Shown here: positions 54,922 through 63,767 of the stretch, one piece after another
Position numbering within the stretch: the first letter of the stretch is position 1
Layout: the number at the start of each line of letters is the position of its first letter
DNA from: an uncultured virus (IMG/VR IMGVR_UViG_3300046463_000302)
Taxonomy: Duplodnaviria; Heunggongvirae; Uroviricota; Caudoviricetes
Reading direction: 5' to 3' (one strand)
Length of the DNA stretch: 64,000 bases
Virus record (IMG/VR): IMGVR_UViG_3300046463_000302
Notes under the pieces: generated by a model
What the model saw: only the letters and a program-made list of their open reading frames with translations
Databases searched by the model: none
What the model was told of the DNA's origin: nothing
Position numbers and translations under genes: made by a program

Positions 54922-56411
54922 ACTACGGTTCCGTGTGCAGCGGCATCGAAGCCGCGACCGTGGCATGGGATGAACTCGATTGGAATGCGGCATGGTTCGC
55001 GGAGATCGACAAATTCCCTTCCGCCGTGCTGAAGCACCACTATCCGAACGTGCCGAACATCGGCGACATGACGAAGATCGCACGCGCCATTCTGGTCGGC
55101 GACGTCGCGGCGCCCGATGTGCTGGTCGGCGGCACGCCCTGCCAGGCGTACAGCGTCGCGGGCCTGCGTGAAGGGCTCGCCGACGAGCGCGGCCAGTTGA
55201 CTATCTCTTACGTGAGGTTGTTCGATGCAATTGACTATATTCGAGAGCGACGCGGAGAGCCCGCAGCCGTCGCGCTGTGGGAAAACGTCCCTGGCGTGCT
55301 CTCTTCCAAAGACAATGCCTTCGGTTGCTTTCTTGCAGGACTTGCCGGGGAAGGCCGTGAGCTGGAGCCTCCAAGGGACGCCAAAGGGAAAGCGAAAAGT
55401 TGGCCGAACGCTGGTTGTGTTTTTGGACCCACGCGCACAATCGCTTGGCGCGTCCTCGATGCCCAATATTTCGGAGTGGCCCAACGACGCCGCCGTGTGT
55501 TCGTTGTCGCAAGTGCTCGAAAAGACTTCAATCCCGTCGACGTACTTTTTGAGTCCGACGGCGTGCGCCGGGATACTGCGCCGCGCCGAGAAGCGCGGGA
55601 AGAAGTTGCCGGAACCCTTGCGGCAAGCCTTGGACGCCGTCGCGGAGCGCCTGCCGGCGGCGACGATTCAGGACACTTGCAACCCGTCGCCAGCACCGGA
55701 GACGTGTCCCACTGCCTGAACGCTGGCGGCATGGGCCGGCAGGACTATGAGACGGAAACGCTGATCGCTCAGCCGGCGTATGCAATTCAGGCCGGCGCAC
55801 TGCGCACGAACCCGAATAGCGGACCGGACGGTGTAGGCGTACAGGAGGGCGTCGCATACACGATGGAAGCGCGAGCCGAAGTGCAGGCCGTCTGTGTCAC
55901 TGGCGAAATCACGCACACGCTGAAGGCCGAAGGGTTCGATGCCAGCGAGAATGGAACAGGGCGAGGCCAGCCGATCGTCGCGGCGTTCGATTCGCAGCAG
56001 ATCACCAGTCCACACAACGGAGCTCGCGTCGATCACGATGCGCCAGCACCTACGATGGCAAAAGAGAGCCGCATGCATGCCGTCACCGGAATGGCCGTTC
56101 GCCGCCTGACGCCGCGCGAATGTGAACGCCTGCAGGGCTTCCCCGACGACTACACCCTGATTCCGTATGGCCGCGCTATCCGCCCGGAAAAGCTCGACGA
56201 GGACTGGATCAAGTATCTGATGCGCGGCGGCGTAATGACGCGCGAGGAATGCGCGAGGGCGGCAGCTGACGGACCAAGGTATAAAAGTTTGGGTAACTCG
56301 ATGGCCGTGCCGTGCATGCGCTGGCTTGGGAAGCGGCTAGATCGCGAGTTGAAGCGCGCTACTACTCGGGAATGGATCGCACGCGAGAAGCGTGGCATTC
56401 GTGCGTCCTGA
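54918..56411 (+). CDS. C5 cytosine DNA methyltransferase (alpha polypeptide)
   Basis: SVCSGIE, GGTPCQ, WENVPG, QRRRRVF, RRLTPRECERLQGFPD, LGNS. Confidence 0.95.
   Translation: MNYGSVCSGIEAATVAWDELDWNAAWFAEIDKFPSAVLKHHYPNVPNIGDMTKIARAILVGDVAAPDVLVGGTPCQAYSVAGLREGLADERGQLTISYVRLFDAIDYIRERRGEPAAVALWENVPGVLSSKDNAFGCFLAGLAGEGRELEPPRDAKGKAKSWPNAGCVFGPTRTIAWRVLDAQYFGVAQRRRRVFVVASARKDFNPVDVLFESDGVRRDTAPRREAREEVAGTLAASLGRRRGAPAGGDDSGHLQPVASTGDVSHCLNAGGMGRQDYETETLIAQPAYAIQAGALRTNPNSGPDGVGVQEGVAYTMEARAEVQAVCVTGEITHTLKAEGFDASENGTGRGQPIVAAFDSQQITSPHNGARVDHDAPAPTMAKESRMHAVTGMAVRRLTPRECERLQGFPDDYTLIPYGRAIRPEKLDEDWIKYLMRGGVMTREECARAAADGPRYKSLGNSMAVPCMRWLGKRLDRELKRATTREWIAREKRGIRAS
55225..55719 (+). CDS. overlapping M.EcoHK31I-beta-like methyltransferase subunit
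   Basis: Alternate frame, GAGG RBS, SLSQVLE..YFLSPTACAGILRRAEKRGKKLP..L..AL. Confidence 0.75.
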   Translation: MQLTIFESDAESPQPSRCGKTSLACSLPKTMPSVAFLQDLPGKAVSWSLQGTPKGKRKVGRTLVVFLDPRAQSLGASSMPNISEWPNDAAVCSLSQVLEKTSIPSTYFLSPTACAGILRRAEKRGKKLPEPLRQALDAVAERLPAATIQDTCNPSPAPETCPTA

Positions 56412-56570
56412 GTGGTCGCATTTCAGCACCGGCCGGGCTGAAAATCAAACCGGCCAAGAATGAAAAACCCGGCATCGCGCGAACGATCCGGGTCTGATCT
56501 AAACGACTCAATGGGAAGCCGTACAGATGGCTAATTCTATAACACCGTGCTGGTCCGGACGGAGGCATGC

Positions 56571-57506
56571 ATGATCGTCGACCCGGATTTTCTGGAGCAC
56601 TGGAAAACGCGCATGCTCGCGGACTTGCTTGGGCGAGATCCCGAGACGCCCGACGAAATGGCGCCGCTTTATCTCATTCGCCTATGGGCGCACTGCCAGC
56701 AGCGCAAGTCAGATCGCTTTGATTCGCTTTCGCCGGCCGCGCTGAAGTCGATTTGCCGCTTCAAAGGTGCGGCTGCGGCGTTCGAAGCGGCGATGCTTGA
56801 GTCGGGCTTTATCGAGCGTTCCGACGGCGCACTGATCGTCAGTGGATGGCGCGAGCGCAATGCTTCACTGATCGCGACGTGGGAGAACGGCAAGAAGGGC
56901 GGGCGCCCGAAAAAATCGGAACAAAAAACCGCAGGTTTCGCAGAGGGAACCCCACCGGGTACCCCACCGGAAACCCATGGGTTTCCCTTCGAATTCCCGG
57001 AGGCACCCGATTGGGTGTCCCACGCGGAACCGATAAGAGAAGAGAAGATAAGAGAAGATCAGAGGGGTTCTAACACCGCTCTAGGTGACTGTGAAGTAGG
57101 TGGCGCGAGCGCAGCGCCGACGCGCGCGGTTGACCTGTCCATCGCTGTGCGCAAGTTCGGGGTGCAGTCACAGCCAAGCGATCCGCGTTTGCAGAGCCTG
57201 GCCGAACAGGGCATCACGGCCGACACGATGACAGCCGCTTGCGAAGCCGCGAAGAAGGCCAAGACTGGCAGCGGCGAAGCGCTGAATCTCGGCTACGTCA
57301 TTTCGATCATCAAGCGATGGTCCGAAGAGGCCGCCAACCTGCGCGTTGCGGGCGTGCAGGCGCCGCGCGCGGGCAGCAAGGCGCAAGCCGTCGAGCAAAA
57401 CAATCGCGACGCCGTCGAAGAAGCAGCGCGCCGCATCGAAGCGCGAGAGCGGGGCGAGCAGGCGCCGCAGACCGATCCCTACACCATCGACATGGAGCCA
57501 GCATGA
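56571..57506 (+). CDS. phage replication initiator (lambda O-like)
   Basis: GGAGG RBS, LIRLWAHC, ENGKKGGRPK, internal repeats, REEKIREDQ. Confidence 0.8.
   Translation: MIVDPDFLEHWKTRMLADLLGRDPETPDEMAPLYLIRLWAHCQQRKSDRFDSLSPAALKSICRFKGAAAAFEAAMLESGFIERSDGALIVSGWRERNASLIATWENGKKGGRPKKSEQKTAGFAEGTPPGTPPETHGFPFEFPEAPDWVSHAEPIREEKIREDQRGSNTALGDCEVGGASAAPTRAVDLSIAVRKFGVQSQPSDPRLQSLAEQGITADTMTAACEAAKKAKTGSGEALNLGYVISIIKRWSEEAANLRVAGVQAPRAGSKAQAVEQNNRDAVEEAARRIEARERGEQAPQTDPYTIDMEPA
56925..57030. repeat. iteron-like repeats inside initiator (probable lytic origin)
   Basis: ACCCCACCGG x2, AAACCCATGGGTTT, CACCCGATTGGGTG. Confidence 0.5.
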
Positions 57507-58180
57507 AAGCAGGCGATATCCGCGAACTCGGCGAGATCCTGCGCCGCAATTTTGCCGTCTACAGCAAGGAACTGACGCCCGACATGATCGAAGTCTGGTT
57601 CGATGCGCTGGCCCACTACTCGCTCGAGGACATTGGGGTAGCACTCACGCGGCACGTACGCGACGCCGACAGCGGACGCTTCGCGCCGAAGCCCGCCGAC
57701 GTCATTGCGCACCTTGCCGGCGGCAGCAGCGTACGCGCGCTGCGCGCATGGTCGATGGTCGATAAAGCCGTGCGCATGGTCGGGCATTACGTGTCGGTGG
57801 CATTCGACGATCCAATCATTCATCGTGTGATCGACGACATGGGCGGCTGGACCAAGCTGGCGATGACGGCCACGCTCGACGACCTGAAGTATCGCGGTCT
57901 CGAGTTTCAGAAGCGCTACCAGGGCGCGCTGATAACCGGCGGCGTTGGTCAGGACTATCCGCCGTATCTGATCGGCGCAGCCGAGGCGCACAACGCGCTC
58001 GAGCGCGCGCGTGTTGCCCCGCCCACGCTGATCGGCGACGCGCACAAGTGCCAACAGGTGATCGATGCCTCGCGCGGCGCGGGAGGCCTGCGCATCACGA
58101 ACGCCGCATCGGCAGCAAAACTCATTCAAGGCGCGGTGAAGCGCATCGGAAAGTCAGACCCCGGTAATGAAGGGCGTTGA
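57503..58180 (+). CDS. helicase loader/inhibitor-like protein (DUF6475-like)
   Basis: WFDAL..FAPKPADV..VAFDDPIIHRVIDDMGGW, follows initiator. Confidence 0.75.
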   Translation: MKAGDIRELGEILRRNFAVYSKELTPDMIEVWFDALAHYSLEDIGVALTRHVRDADSGRFAPKPADVIAHLAGGSSVRALRAWSMVDKAVRMVGHYVSVAFDDPIIHRVIDDMGGWTKLAMTATLDDLKYRGLEFQKRYQGALITGGVGQDYPPYLIGAAEAHNALERARVAPPTLIGDAHKCQQVIDASRGAGGLRITNAASAAKLIQGAVKRIGKSDPGNEGR

Positions 58181-58212
58181 CATTTTGTCCGTAGTGGTCT
58201 GATAATCGAACC
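58177..58212 (+). promoter_or_regulatory. sigma70 promoter overlapped by 17-bp box
   Basis: TTGACA-18nt-GATAAT; GGTCTGATAATCGAACC. Confidence 0.65.
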
Positions 58213-58264
58213 GTTGTACAGAATTCAAAACCACGCAAACCAACTCCGACCCGGAGCAAAGACC

Positions 58265-58891
58265 ATGATTCTTTCGGCAAACGCCGTGCGACTCGCGTAT
58301 GCGTTCGCGGCAAAGCAGGACATTCGGTACTACCTCAACGGCATCAATGTCGAGCCCGCAGAGGGCGGCGGTGCGCTTATCACCGCGACTGACGGCCACC
58401 GCCTGACGCAAGTTCTTGACCGCGACGCGAGCAATGTCGAGTCGATGATTATCTCGCTCGACAAGGCGAGCCAGGCGGCGCTCAAGCGCGGCACGTTCGT
58501 TTCGACCGAGTTCAACGAAAAGCACATCGCGATTCTGAATTCCGACCGTATCCCGGTTCACATGCAGGTTGAGGCGTACAAGGTCGAGGGCAAATTCCCG
58601 GACTGGCGCCGCGTGCTGGGCAAGCGCGAGGACTGGTCCCAAGGTGTCGGCGGCAATTTCAATGTCAAGTATTTGGCGGACGTCGTGCGCCTGATGGACG
58701 GCGTTTGTCAAGCGGATCGATTCGCGCCGAGCGTTTCGTTCTTTACGAAGCTCGATAAGGATGGCAATCGCCAGATGACGGAAAGCCTGTTGTTCATTCT
58801 CGACGGGCGCGTGCAGGCGTGGGGCATGGTTATGCCGATGCGCGGCAATGAGAGCGATCCGCTCACCGTCGCATACGGGAAGGCCGCGTAA
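58265..58891 (+). CDS. truncated DNA polymerase III beta clamp-like protein
   Basis: DIRYYLNG, ATDGHRL, EGKFPDWRRV, FNVKYL, VMPMR. Confidence 0.85.
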   Translation: MILSANAVRLAYAFAAKQDIRYYLNGINVEPAEGGGALITATDGHRLTQVLDRDASNVESMIISLDKASQAALKRGTFVSTEFNEKHIAILNSDRIPVHMQVEAYKVEGKFPDWRRVLGKREDWSQGVGGNFNVKYLADVVRLMDGVCQADRFAPSVSFFTKLDKDGNRQMTESLLFILDGRVQAWGMVMPMRGNESDPLTVAYGKAA

Positions 58892-59610
58892 TGGACCAGA
58901 TCAAAGGACAGATGCGCGTGTTGGTCGACGTGCTCGCCGAGCGCAAGGCGCAAGACGGGCAGTGGGGCGGCGCCGCGCACGACGACGAGCATAGCGCATC
59001 GTCTTGGCTCGCATACATCGACGACCAGACGACAAAGGCATTCAACGATACGGCTGGCCTGATGATCGGCACGCCGGATTACATCGCCGCGCACCGCGCA
59101 CGCCTGGTGAAGATCGCGGCGCTCGCGTTCGCCGGCATTGAATCGATAGACCGGAAGGCCGCGCAAGTTGCTACGCCCGTCGCGCCGGGCTACTCGTACA
59201 GCACGAACGAGGAAATGTACTACGGCGACCATGATTCTGTGCGCGAAGCGCTGGTCGCGGCGCTTCATGAGAACGTGGATGCCGAATCGCTTGCCGATAT
59301 CGACTACGCAGATATGCCGACGATTCACGTCGGCGAGCGCGACGAGCCGGATCATGTGTTCGATGGTTTAGCGGACATTATCGTTGACCAGGTCGGCGAA
59401 TGGCTCTACGACGAGGTTGGTGAAGTCGGCGACTTCAACGTTGAAGAGGGCGAGCGCGAGCAATTGGACGCCTTGGTCGGGGCGTGGCTTCGGGTGAACA
59501 CTCCGCTGTCGTGCTGGAAGGTCGAAAAGGCAAAAGCCTACGGGCCGGGCGACGCGGAATACGAGGCGGCGCTCAAAGAGGCATTCCCGCGACCGGAGAC
59601 GCAGCAATGA
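58891..59610 (+). CDS. hypothetical protein (possible dATP/dGTP pyrophosphohydrolase-like N-terminus)
   Basis: ERKAQDGQWG..RLVKIAALA.A.IESIDR. Confidence 0.6.
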   Translation: MDQIKGQMRVLVDVLAERKAQDGQWGGAAHDDEHSASSWLAYIDDQTTKAFNDTAGLMIGTPDYIAAHRARLVKIAALAFAGIESIDRKAAQVATPVAPGYSYSTNEEMYYGDHDSVREALVAALHENVDAESLADIDYADMPTIHVGERDEPDHVFDGLADIIVDQVGEWLYDEVGEVGDFNVEEGEREQLDALVGAWLRVNTPLSCWKVEKAKAYGPGDAEYEAALKEAFPRPETQQ

Positions 59611-59807
59611 GCCGCATCAAAGCAATCATTGCCGCGGCGCTTGGATTCGCCGGCTATCCGCTCAAGCTGGTGGACGATGCGCTGACCATCACGCCGCGCA
59701 GCGCGACGAAGCCCAAGCGCAAGCTCACGCAGGCGGACCGCGATGCGCTCGCAAAGGCCGAAGCGAAGCGCGCACGCAAGGCAATGACCGGGAGGGTTGC
59801 GCGATGA
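59607..59807 (+). CDS. hypothetical protein
   Basis: Coupled ATGA overlaps. Confidence 0.55.
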   Translation: MSRIKAIIAAALGFAGYPLKLVDDALTITPRSATKPKRKLTQADRDALAKAEAKRARKAMTGRVAR

Positions 59808-60058
59808 ATTGCAACTGCATCAACGATCTCGAAAAGAAGCTTCAAGCAAAGTACACCGACGAGCTTGGCGCGCCGGCCAGCGTTGAATGCGAGGCGGCAG
59901 GGTTCACATTTGGGAAGTCCGTCCAGGTCATCCACAAGACGGAATTCAAAATCACCGCCAATGTGCCCGGCTTCAAACGTGGCAAGTCCATTCCGGTAAT
60001 CGCAAGCTTTTGCCCGTTCTGCGGGAAGTCGGCGAAGCAAGAGGGTGCTGCGGCATGA
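59804..60058 (+). CDS. Zn-finger hypothetical protein
   Basis: MNCNC...FCPFCG. Confidence 0.7.
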   Translation: MNCNCINDLEKKLQAKYTDELGAPASVECEAAGFTFGKSVQVIHKTEFKITANVPGFKRGKSIPVIASFCPFCGKSAKQEGAAA

Positions 60059-60588
60059 GCAAGTCGGCTAAACCCCGCAAGAAGTACGACCCAGCTAAGG
60101 GCGCGCTCCGCACGGCGAAGCTCTCGCAGCGGTTTGAATCCCGAATTAGTGCGCAAGCCGAGGAACTTATCAAGGCATCGTTCGCGCGCACGTTGGGCGA
60201 TAACGATCTCGCCAAGCTGGCGGTGCAGTATCACGCCGCGTTCGCGACGTTGCGCCTGTGTGGCGGCCATGAGGCATTCAAGGACGTCGCCGCGGCAATC
60301 CTGATCGCGCAGCGCTTCGCTGAAGTCGGCATTGCTCCGGAGTTCGCTGGCGAGATTAACGAAGCATTGAAGGCGCTGCACCGGGTTCAGGAGCGCGCGC
60401 TTGGTACGGGCCGCTGGTTGCTGGACGGAGACGGACTGAAGTCGGTCATGCGGGGCATGGCGATCTATGACGCACAGATGGACGTCGCCACGTATGGGCA
60501 GTTGCGCGAAGCCGTTGTCGAGGCTGCGCGCCGTAACGATGAAGTGCTAGGCGCGGAAGCGCGCGAATTGATGAAGGAGGCAGCTTGA
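60055..60588 (+). CDS. hypothetical protein
   Basis: KPRKKY start, coupled. Confidence 0.7.
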   Translation: MSKSAKPRKKYDPAKGALRTAKLSQRFESRISAQAEELIKASFARTLGDNDLAKLAVQYHAAFATLRLCGGHEAFKDVAAAILIAQRFAEVGIAPEFAGEINEALKALHRVQERALGTGRWLLDGDGLKSVMRGMAIYDAQMDVATYGQLREAVVEAARRNDEVLGAEARELMKEAA

Positions 60589-60827
60589 GCTTTACGATTG
60601 AAAAGGGTATTCCCCCGCCGTCGAACGGCAATAGCCCAGGGCGACAGCCGATGTACCCGTTCGGCAAGCTGAACGTCGGCGACTCGTTCCTGATCCCGGA
60701 GACGTCGAACATTCGAAACCGAGCCGATCGCGTCAAGTCGGCCGCCTGCTATTTCGGCAAGCGCAACAACGTGAAGCTGGCGACGCGCGTGGTCGAGGGC
60801 GGTATCCGCGTGTGGAGGACGGCATGA
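60585..60827 (+). CDS. small DNA-binding-like protein
   Basis: IEKGIP..YPFGKLNVGDSF..IRVWR. Confidence 0.7.
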   Translation: MSFTIEKGIPPPSNGNSPGRQPMYPFGKLNVGDSFLIPETSNIRNRADRVKSAACYFGKRNNVKLATRVVEGGIRVWRTA

Positions 60828-61090
60828 AGCGGGCTCCGGTCGTAACCGAATGGTTCCCAGCATCAATGTCGCCTGAGTACCCAGGTCCGTACGAGTGCGA
60901 GCGGTCCGAGAGGACCGGAAAGCGTAAGCCGAAGGCCAAGCGCGTGCGCCGCATCATGCATTGGGATGGCGAGCGCTGGCTGTACGGCGAATCGGTACCG
61001 AACGAGCATTGCAAGCCGGGCATGCCGGCGCTGATGCTCGACCAGTACGGCGACCGCTGGCGCGGCATTGCAAAGGATCCGCAGCAATGA
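60824..61090 (+). CDS. hypothetical protein
   Basis: GGAGG RBS, TEWFP..P..PG.YE..WRG. Confidence 0.65.
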   Translation: MKRAPVVTEWFPASMSPEYPGPYECERSERTGKRKPKAKRVRRIMHWDGERWLYGESVPNEHCKPGMPALMLDQYGDRWRGIAKDPQQ

Positions 61091-61380
61091 TGCAACTTGG
61101 CTTCTTCGACGAGCCGGTTGAGGCGCCGCCTGCAGCGCCGGCCGCGCCGACGTACGCGGAGATCATCGCCGCGCAGCCGGAGAAGTTGCGGCCCAGCTGC
61201 GCGCCGGTACCGCCTGTGCCGACGGCAAAGCCTGAACTGGACGCATGGGTGCGCGACACGCAGCGCCGCTATCTGCTGTACCTGGTCGGCGCTATCGCTC
61301 GCATGACGTACCGCGACTCCAGCATCGCGAACGCGCGCTATGTGCTGCAAAAACTCAACGGACTCGGGGGTGAGTGGTGA
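61087..61380 (+). CDS. hypothetical protein
   Basis: Coupled overlaps. Confidence 0.55.
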   Translation: MMQLGFFDEPVEAPPAAPAAPTYAEIIAAQPEKLRPSCAPVPPVPTAKPELDAWVRDTQRRYLLYLVGAIARMTYRDSSIANARYVLQKLNGLGGEW

Positions 61381-61970
61381 GCACGCACGGCCGCACGCGC
61401 GATCTCGTCAACATGGCGAAGGACGTAGGGCTCGAAGTGGTGAGCCACCACATCAAGCAGAACCGCGTATGCATCGAAGCGAGAGCGGAAAACGGGGCCA
61501 GTTCTTCGTTTTCCCTTTCCAATTCGTCGCGCAGCGACATACGCGGCGACCTTAACGAGCAGTCGCGCATGAAGCGCTTTGCGCGCGCGAATGCGTTGCA
61601 GGCAGAACAACTACCGAACCAAGACATGCAACGAGACACCATCAAACTGAAGAAGGACGAGACGGCCGCCGCGCAGGAATTGACGCCGATCGAGTTCTAT
61701 CGCCTGTGCGAGTGGGTAAAGCTGGCCCGGATGAACCTGCATCCGAACCTGGCGGCGCTGGCGCTTGCTGCTTCGCATGATATCGGGCAGACCGTGAGCG
61801 AGCGCGCCATGGGTGAGGCAATGCAGGCGACGAACACCAAGGATCCGGACCACTGGACGCCGCTGGCCGATCCGCACACGATCCTGGCGCGCGAGCTAGA
61901 AGCCCTGCTTAAGCAGCTTGGACAGCCGCAATCGTCGCAGTTCATGCGCTTGCTCGAAACACTCAAGTAA
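61377..61970 (+). CDS. hypothetical protein
   Basis: About 197 aa, coupled. Confidence 0.65.
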   Translation: MSTHGRTRDLVNMAKDVGLEVVSHHIKQNRVCIEARAENGASSSFSLSNSSRSDIRGDLNEQSRMKRFARANALQAEQLPNQDMQRDTIKLKKDETAAAQELTPIEFYRLCEWVKLARMNLHPNLAALALAASHDIGQTVSERAMGEAMQATNTKDPDHWTPLADPHTILARELEALLKQLGQPQSSQFMRLLETLK

Positions 61971-61980
61971 GGATGCGAGC

Positions 61981-62385
61981 ATGGGCGACATGATCGATAT
62001 GTACCGCGACCTGAAGGAGATCGACAAGGAGCGCCGCGCCGAGAACCGCTCGACCGGCTACAAAGCGCTTGTCGACGCAGGCTTCGGGTTCGAAGCGAAG
62101 AACGGCGGAACGCACTTTATCGTCCAAACGGATCGCGGTCGCGTCGATTACTGGCCCGGTACCGAAAAGTGGCTGCTTGTGGGCGCCGGCTACAGCCGCG
62201 GGCTCGACGCGTTTCTGAGCCATTTCAAGCCCGTCGGCGAGCCGGGCGAGCGCGCAGTACCGCCGATACCTGCCGCGCAATCGGCTGACGTCGACGACGG
62301 CATCATCAAGTACGCGCCGCACATGAGCGAATTCACCCTGGGCGTCTATGCGCGCGCGGGATACACCGTAGAGGGAGCACCATGA
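61981..62385 (+). CDS. hypothetical protein
   Basis: AAGGA RBS, NGGTHFIV..VDYWPGTEKW. Confidence 0.7.
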   Translation: MGDMIDMYRDLKEIDKERRAENRSTGYKALVDAGFGFEAKNGGTHFIVQTDRGRVDYWPGTEKWLLVGAGYSRGLDAFLSHFKPVGEPGERAVPPIPAAQSADVDDGIIKYAPHMSEFTLGVYARAGYTVEGAP

Positions 62386-62525
62386 ACGATGAAAACGCAG
62401 TGACCGATTGGGACGTCGCAGCAGTGCTGCAGGCTCAGCCGGTAGAGGAAAGCAGGGCGACCGTTTGCATTTCGTGCGGCGCGGTGAAGGACGAGCACGG
62501 CGAATTGCCGTGCGGTGGGCACTGA
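62382..62525 (+). CDS. small Cys-containing protein
   Basis: GGGAG RBS, CISCGA..LPCGGH. Confidence 0.55.
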   Translation: MNDENAVTDWDVAAVLQAQPVEESRATVCISCGAVKDEHGELPCGGH

Positions 62526-62536
62526 GGGGATAGGGC

Positions 62537-63112
62537 GTGGCAGCAGACAAACTTTCGCCGCAGCAAGAGCGCTTCGTCGATGAATACATGGTCGACTTCC
62601 ACATCACGGACGCCGCGATTCGAGCAGGCTACTCGAAGCGTTCGGCCCGCCAGATTGGTTCTGCCCTGTTGCAGAAGGATCATGTACAGGCCGCGTTGAG
62701 GGAGCGACGCGAGCGCGCGGCCAAGAAATTCGAGATCACGCGCGAGGCAGTGCTGGACGAGTATCACAAGCTGGCCTTCGCTGATCCGCGCAACTTCTTC
62801 CGCGAGGACGGCACGCTCAAGCGCGTCACGGAACTGGATGACCGCACGGCCGCCGCGCTCGCGCACTTTGAAGTCCTCGAGGAATTCGCCGGCAGCGGCG
62901 AGGACCGCATGCAGGTTGGCTACACGACCAAGGTGAAGTGGGCGGACAAGAAAGCCGCGCTCGACTCTATCTGCCGTGTCATGGGCTGGAATCAGGACAA
63001 GATGAAGCTGGGCGCCGACGAGGATGATCCGCTTGTCATGTTGCTGAAGCAGATCGGCGGCAGCGGATTCAGGCCAACGGGCGCAGGCGAGCCCGAGCGG
63101 GACGATCAATGA
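62537..63112 (+). CDS. terS: terminase small subunit
   Basis: LSPQQERFVDEY..AAIRAGYS..A..IGS.LL..DKKAALD. Confidence 0.92.
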   Translation: MAADKLSPQQERFVDEYMVDFHITDAAIRAGYSKRSARQIGSALLQKDHVQAALRERRERAAKKFEITREAVLDEYHKLAFADPRNFFREDGTLKRVTELDDRTAAALAHFEVLEEFAGSGEDRMQVGYTTKVKWADKKAALDSICRVMGWNQDKMKLGADEDDPLVMLLKQIGGSGFRPTGAGEPERDDQ

Positions 63113-63197
63113 TGGTTTGATTGGATGGCCACAACGGCGCCGTAGCGGACCGCATGAAGAGGCACGTAAAGAGCGTGTCTCTTTTTTTGCGCTCGGT

Positions 63198-63254
63198 GGT
63201 TGCATTTCCTAACCACTCGATCCTATAATAAGACCGTGGTAAGAAAATACTAAC
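63198..63254 (+). promoter_or_regulatory. promoter with three 17-bp boxes
   Basis: Boxes at 63198, 63219, 63238; TTGCAT..TATAAT. Confidence 0.65.
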
Positions 63255-63273
63255 GAATTTATAGGACACGACC

Positions 63274-63531
63274 ATGAAGCCGACTATCCAGTTCTTCCGC
63301 GCCTCAACCGGCGCGCTGTTCGCCCGCATCGCAACGACCGCACGCGACCTGACCATTGCCGTCGAGGCAACCGACGAGCAGGCCGTACGTCAGGAGGCCG
63401 CCGACATGCGCGCTCGCGCCGCGCGCCTGATCGACCGCGCTGAGTTCATCGAGGCATCGCTGGCGCCCTTCGCCGAGGTCTCGGATTTTGCCGCGCACCG
63501 CGCCGTGCGCTACAGCATCAAAGCAGCGTAA
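63274..63531 (+). CDS. hypothetical protein
   Basis: AGGA RBS, first gene after promoter. Confidence 0.6.
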   Translation: MKPTIQFFRASTGALFARIATTARDLTIAVEATDEQAVRQEAADMRARAARLIDRAEFIEASLAPFAEVSDFAAHRAVRYSIKAA

Positions 63532-63541
63532 GGGGCGCGAC

Positions 63542-63727
63542 ATGGCATTCACTATGAAGGTGCGCGGGCCGAACGGAAAGACCGTCGACCTGACGCCCGA
63601 GCAGTTCGCGATCGTTGAGCCGATCGTGGTCAGCATGATGAACGCCGAGATCGGCCCAAAGGATGCCGAGAAGCAGGTTATTGCGAAGCTCAAGGAAGCA
63701 GGCAAGCCCGTCATTTTTGGCATCTGA
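63542..63727 (+). CDS. hypothetical protein
   Basis: AAGGGG RBS, 61 aa. Confidence 0.6.
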   Translation: MAFTMKVRGPNGKTVDLTPEQFAIVEPIVVSMMNAEIGPKDAEKQVIAKLKEAGKPVIFGI

Positions 63728-63767
63728 CATTTCGCACCATACCGCACCATACCAAAGGAGATCCACC

